From NCBI GenBank assembly GCA_046563655.1, contig CM102286.1, positions 14,942,001 through 15,006,000 of the forward strand: a stretch of DNA of 64,000 bases, in the 5' to 3' direction. A model generated the notes under the pieces. It had not been told where the DNA came from. It did no database searches and worked only from the letters and a program-made list of their open reading frames with translations. Made by a program: the position numbers and the translations under genes. Positions 43,591 through 64,000 of the stretch are shown here, piece after piece (the stretch's first letter is position 1; every line of letters starts with the position of its first letter). This stretch comes from Yuukianura sp. NJ FZ-2021. Taxonomy: Eukaryota.

Positions 43591-45114
43591 TGTTTTATTC
43601 AGTTTTAATGAAGTTCCTCTGAACAGATTTATTTGTGTCATTTACACAACTTAAATGGCCCTCGTAAAAATTAAATCACCATTCAAATAAATTCAATAGA
43701 CAATTTCTCATCCTGAGTCTGAGGCGGGAAGTGTTTAAGCTGTTTCTCCACTTAATCAATTCCTCTTCCCACGCCTTCCTTACACTGTTAAAAACTAAAA
43801 CAAAAACTGTTTGGCGGCAACCAGTCAACAGCCACAAATGGAATGGAGCAACCTGCTGTGAACAATAAAACAATATTTTCATTTTAATCTCTGCTAAACA
43901 AAAAAGTGGTTCTTCTAAACACTCTAAACTCTCAAACTTTTTTTTTCCTTGCAAAACATCTTAATTCTAAAATCAAAATCCTGCTGTTTAACTTTTGATG
44001 AATATTGAAATTTTTTAAGCAGTGCTGTTTGAATTTCAAAATGAGATCAATTGTGATTTGTTTTAATATACTTTGTTTTAAAAGGTTGACGCCTCCCTCT
44101 CTTTTTTCGTTGGGAAAAATGAAATTTTGAACTTTTTTTTTGAAATGTTGGCTCGTTAAGAGGGTGGTTGTGCATGTGGAGTTTTGTGGATGATGATGAT
44201 GTAGTTATTTACTAATTATCTTGTCGCCTCTCGCTCTTCTCATTATTTTGAATTGTTGCGCTTCGGCTCTCTTTTTTTCAAAAAGTTCGTTTTAGACACT
44301 TTAAGAGAACTTTTTTGAAAAAAGGCTGGGAAATAAATTACAAGTTTGGAGAATAAAAATTAGTTGGGGTTCATTATTTCCTTGGCCTTTTTAGCATTGC
44401 TTGCCATGACATGAGTCGCGTGAGGAGATGAGTCTAAACTGTTGTATAAAAATCAGAGTTTGTACAATGGCGCATTTGCGCCCTCATTCATAACTGTCTC
44501 GTTAAATTCACAAAGTTGGCACGCAAACGCCGAAAAAAGAGCATATTCCAGCTGCTTTGTAAAGTAACGAGATACACGACTTTTCAAATTTTAGGAAAAT
44601 TTTAGTCCGAGACACAAAATGTACGACTTTTTGTTAGGTGGAAAAGTTTTTGAAAGTGTAGAAAGTGCAAAAAATGGAGTGTCATGTGGCAAAAACGGAG
44701 CAGATGGAACGAATGAAGGCTATGACATTGACAGTGTCAAAATGTAAAAAAGTTGGCGTTTCAAATCATATTTGTAGTGAAATTTTTTTTTCAAGTAGAG
44801 AATTGAAGTGTCTGAACACAAAATTTTGAAATCCAAAATGCACAACTTCCACGCCATCCTTTGTCAGCGAATTGCAACTTTATGAAAACTTTTTTTTGAA
44901 AGGCTCATTCGCGGGAAAGCAAATTTTGAATCACCATGAAAAAACTAGGCGTCAGGGGCGTCCCTTTCTCTTTTCTCACTTTCTCTTTCTTTATTCTGCA
45001 ACTTTCACCTTCTTTATTTTAATTGTTTAAACTCTCTGACTCCAAGTTTTACATCAATATTTTGTCAGTTTGACTTAAAAATGAAGTAAAAAATTAAAGT
45101 TTTAAGTTTGAGTT

Positions 45115-45166
45115 GTTTTAGGCACCAGTCCCTTCAGGGTCGTGGGTTCGAACCCAACTCTTGCCA
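45115..45166 (+). pseudogene. 5'-truncated tRNA-Leu(TAG) fragment
   Basis: TTTTAGGCACCAGTCCCTTCAGGGTCGTGGGTTCGAACCC..TTGCCA followed by oligo-T; D-arm and 5' half missing. Confidence 0.65.
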
Positions 45167-45200
45167 ACTCTTTTTTTTTTTTTTGAAAAAAAAATTGATT

Positions 45201-45282
45201 TGGCAACGGTGAGGTTCGAACTCACGCCTCCGAAGAGACCAGTGCCTAAAACTGGCGCCTTAGTCCACTCGGCCACGTTACC
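45201..45282 (-). tRNA. tRNA-Leu (anticodon TAG)
   Basis: GGTAACGTGGCCGAGTGGACTAAGGCGCCAGTTTTAGGCACTGGTCTCTTCGGAGGCGTGAGTTCGAACCTCACCGTTGCCA forms a cloverleaf with a long variable arm; oligo-T terminator downstream. Confidence 0.93.
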
Positions 45283-46277
45283 TCGCTTTGCAGATCCTGT
45301 GGTTTGAGCATCTCTTAACGTAAATTACGTCGGAGAACATTTAGATTTGCTGAGAAATGTTTGCAATTATTTTACACTTTTTGAAAAAGTATAAATGATT
45401 TTCATAACATTTTAGTAAAGAGAAAACCAGGTCTAAGGTCAGCGGTGCCTTCCTCGTCATTGGGGGTGAAAGTTCGAATCCCACGTCAAGGAATATTTTC
45501 TTTTACGGTTTCTTTGAAACTGCAATCGTAGTAAACTTTCTTAAATAAAATACGTACTCTGAAATAAATTTAATCAGTTGTAGAATCGAAGCGTAGCGTC
45601 TTGATCGTTACTGGTGTAAAGCCGATATTTTGCAATCTAGAAAAAGGAAGCGTTTGCGCAGTTTATCTTCACTTTCTCTTTTCACTTTCACCTTCCAAGA
45701 AAATTTTCAGTAGAGAGTTGGACGTGTAACGACCGAGTTTGCTGGTTAGGCTTCTCTGTACCAAATTCCACGCCACTACCATTACAACTTTCAAAATTGA
45801 ATTTCCCGGCTCGTCCGGAAAGGAAAAAACTATTAGAGCAACGATCTACAAAATGGTCAGTTTTTTCTTACTTTTCCCCAAAGACTAACAACGTTTTCAT
45901 TTCTTAAAGTAGTCCCAGCAGCACTTCATCCAAAACGCAAAACTAAAAACAGTCTGCACTTACTTCCGCTTCAGCACGCAACGTTTTCAATTTTGAATCT
46001 TCCGCTTTTTCATTTTAACAGGAAACTCGGTTCCTTGAATTTCCAGATTCAAATTTGAATTTTGAGATTTCCTTTCTGACGTTTTAATTATATTGTCTCA
46101 AAGACTTCTCATCTCTCCCTTTGTTTACTCTCGAGTTAGACTAAAAGTCGGAGAAGCGGAAATTGAATTTTGACAATTGAATTTTCCCACCCGCCGTTTC
46201 CACAAAATGGAGATGAATTCTTACTGGAGGGAGTAACTACACTGGAGATGGGCACCTAAAAACCACAAACCGCTGTG

Positions 46278-62333
<16,056 letters not shown>

Positions 62334-63056
62334 GGCACCAACAGTGACCTTCGACCTTTCACTTTTGAAAAGGTCAAAGGTCAAGGTGAAATGATCTTTG
62401 ACTTTTGAGTTATGAAAAGGTCAAAGGTCAAGGTGAGAAGGCGCAATATCACAATGCAGGACCACAATGGAGACAGTCAGCCTGGGACTGCTATAAATTG
62501 TACCAAAGGAAATAGAGAGCACTTAAGTGTACCTTTCCTACCCCTTACAGTCTACATTCTTCGACTTTTCTTTAAAGTATAATTTTATTTAACTGTTTAA
62601 TAATATTTAGTAAGTTTTTGTTCACTTTTCATAAAATATTTCGGTTTTGAAAATGTTTTGGTTTCATTAGTTAAACGTGGCGTGATACTTTATGGAAGAC
62701 TTTCCAACAAAGAGTATTCGTGGTTATAAGATTTAGAATAAATTTAAAAGTTGATTTGATGCGTGGGTTGTTACCGCTCTTCAATTCTGGATTTGCATAA
62801 CTTCTTTAAGGTATAATAACAGCGTTCCACCTTTGCATTAAAACAACACACTTCAAAAACACTTGTGTTTTGCTATTACATCAATCTGTCAATCTATAAA
62901 AAATAGCCTCGAAAATGCAAACAAACACTTCCAAGTATTACAATTTGCGTCATAAAAACTATAAAATTAATTCAACTTCAACAACAAAGTTCAGCAGTTC
63001 CAAAACCGCTTTTTAAAAACACCTCAGAATTAAACTTTAGTAAAATTTTAAAAAAA

Positions 63057-63733
63057 ATGAATTTGCGACTTTTCACTTTAGTATATTTTTGTGTGACTGT
63101 GTCATTTAATACTGGAAACGCCGGTAAGCCTAATTTTTTTTCTCCAAATTTTTGAAAAACGGCTAAAATTTCATAAAATGTTTTATTGTAGGGTACACTG
63201 GGCCGATGACATTGGCAGGGCTAAACTTGGTGAAAGAATTTGAAGGTTTCCGGGCCAACTTCTACCGAGATTCAGCAGCAAGACATTTAAATTATATTTA
63301 ATTATACTTTTTAATAACATATAATTAATTATATTTTATTACATTTTGTAGGGAATTCGTACAATTGGTTATGGACATGCGTGTCACGTGGGAGACAAAT
63401 GTGATGGAATTAAGGCTCCGATTTCAAAAGAATTTGGGAGGGACGCAACTTCTCAGTCAAGATTTGAAAATTTTCGAAAACTGTGTCAACCGAAACGTGA
63501 AATTTCCAAATCTGAACGACGCTCAATTTTCAGCTCTTGTTTCATTTTCGTTTAACCTTGGTTGTGGATCGCTACAAAAATCGACACTCTTAAAACTCTT
63601 GAATGCTGGAAAAACAAAAGAAGCGAGTTTGGAATTTAAAAAGTGGAATCGCGGCGGAGGAAAAGTTCTGCCTGGCCTCGTGCGACGACGTGAAGCAGAA
63701 CGTCAACTTTTTTGTTCAAAAGGTGGCTGCTGA
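63057..63733 (+). pseudogene. Secreted GH24 (phage-type) lysozyme, 3 exons, frameshifted by a 4-bp duplication in this assembly
   Basis: Exon 1 63057-63123 is a signal peptide. Exons 63192-63277 and 63352-63733 give EFEGFRANFYRDSAGIRTIGYGH (E-x8-D-x5-T) and LNDAQFSALVSFSFNLG...KWNRGGGKVLPGLVRRREAE. GGGA is duplicated at 63436-63443. Confidence 0.85.
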
Positions 63734-64000
63734 AAAAAATATGAAAATTATATAAAATCAACTTTTAGAATTTTTTTGTAGTTAATCATAATCAAGCGGA
63801 AACTAGTTGCAACCACGTCATTTGTTTTTTGCTATTTTTACAAAGTGAGAAACGACTAACACAACCATTCAGTAAAAAAAAAATAATGTCAATCAATTGT
63901 CAAGGTCTTCAAAACTGAAACCTGTTCTTCATTGTATCTCCTTTGAAATGTTTTTTGTTTCAAATCTTTTTTGACCACTTCAAAAAACCTTAATCTTCGT

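Noticed and set aside
63365..63733. ORF-track 122-aa protein as a standalone prophage lysin
   Set aside because: Its N-terminus is an out-of-frame artefact of the frameshift; the real gene has introns and a signal peptide, and no other phage genes are nearby.

Overview
AT-rich, intron-rich eukaryotic (animal) genomic DNA. Gene content and compact introns suggest an arthropod, possibly a soil hexapod such as a springtail; this is inference only. Genes were assembled by eye across splice sites. In order: a 5'-truncated PLP cysteine desulfurase-TtcA (tRNA 2-thiocytidine synthase) fusion; a long repeat-built metallothionein with TATA box and MREs; a CatSper-type channel alpha subunit; an F-box gene; WNK kinase; CDK8; a divergent arginine kinase; PGAM5; Rpt1/PSMC2; a nicotianamine synthase-like gene with an intronless CDS; an unc-4 homeobox gene; tRNA-Leu(TAG); STK32; and a secreted phage-type GH24 lysozyme with a frameshift. 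Most notable: (i) a MITE family with CAAGGT termini and 8-bp target duplications, one copy forming a precisely spliceable intron (Introner-like) and another duplicating a splice donor; (ii) the desulfurase-TtcA fusion; (iii) two likely horizontally acquired genes (NAS, GH24); (iv) a CatSper subunit in an apparent protostome.
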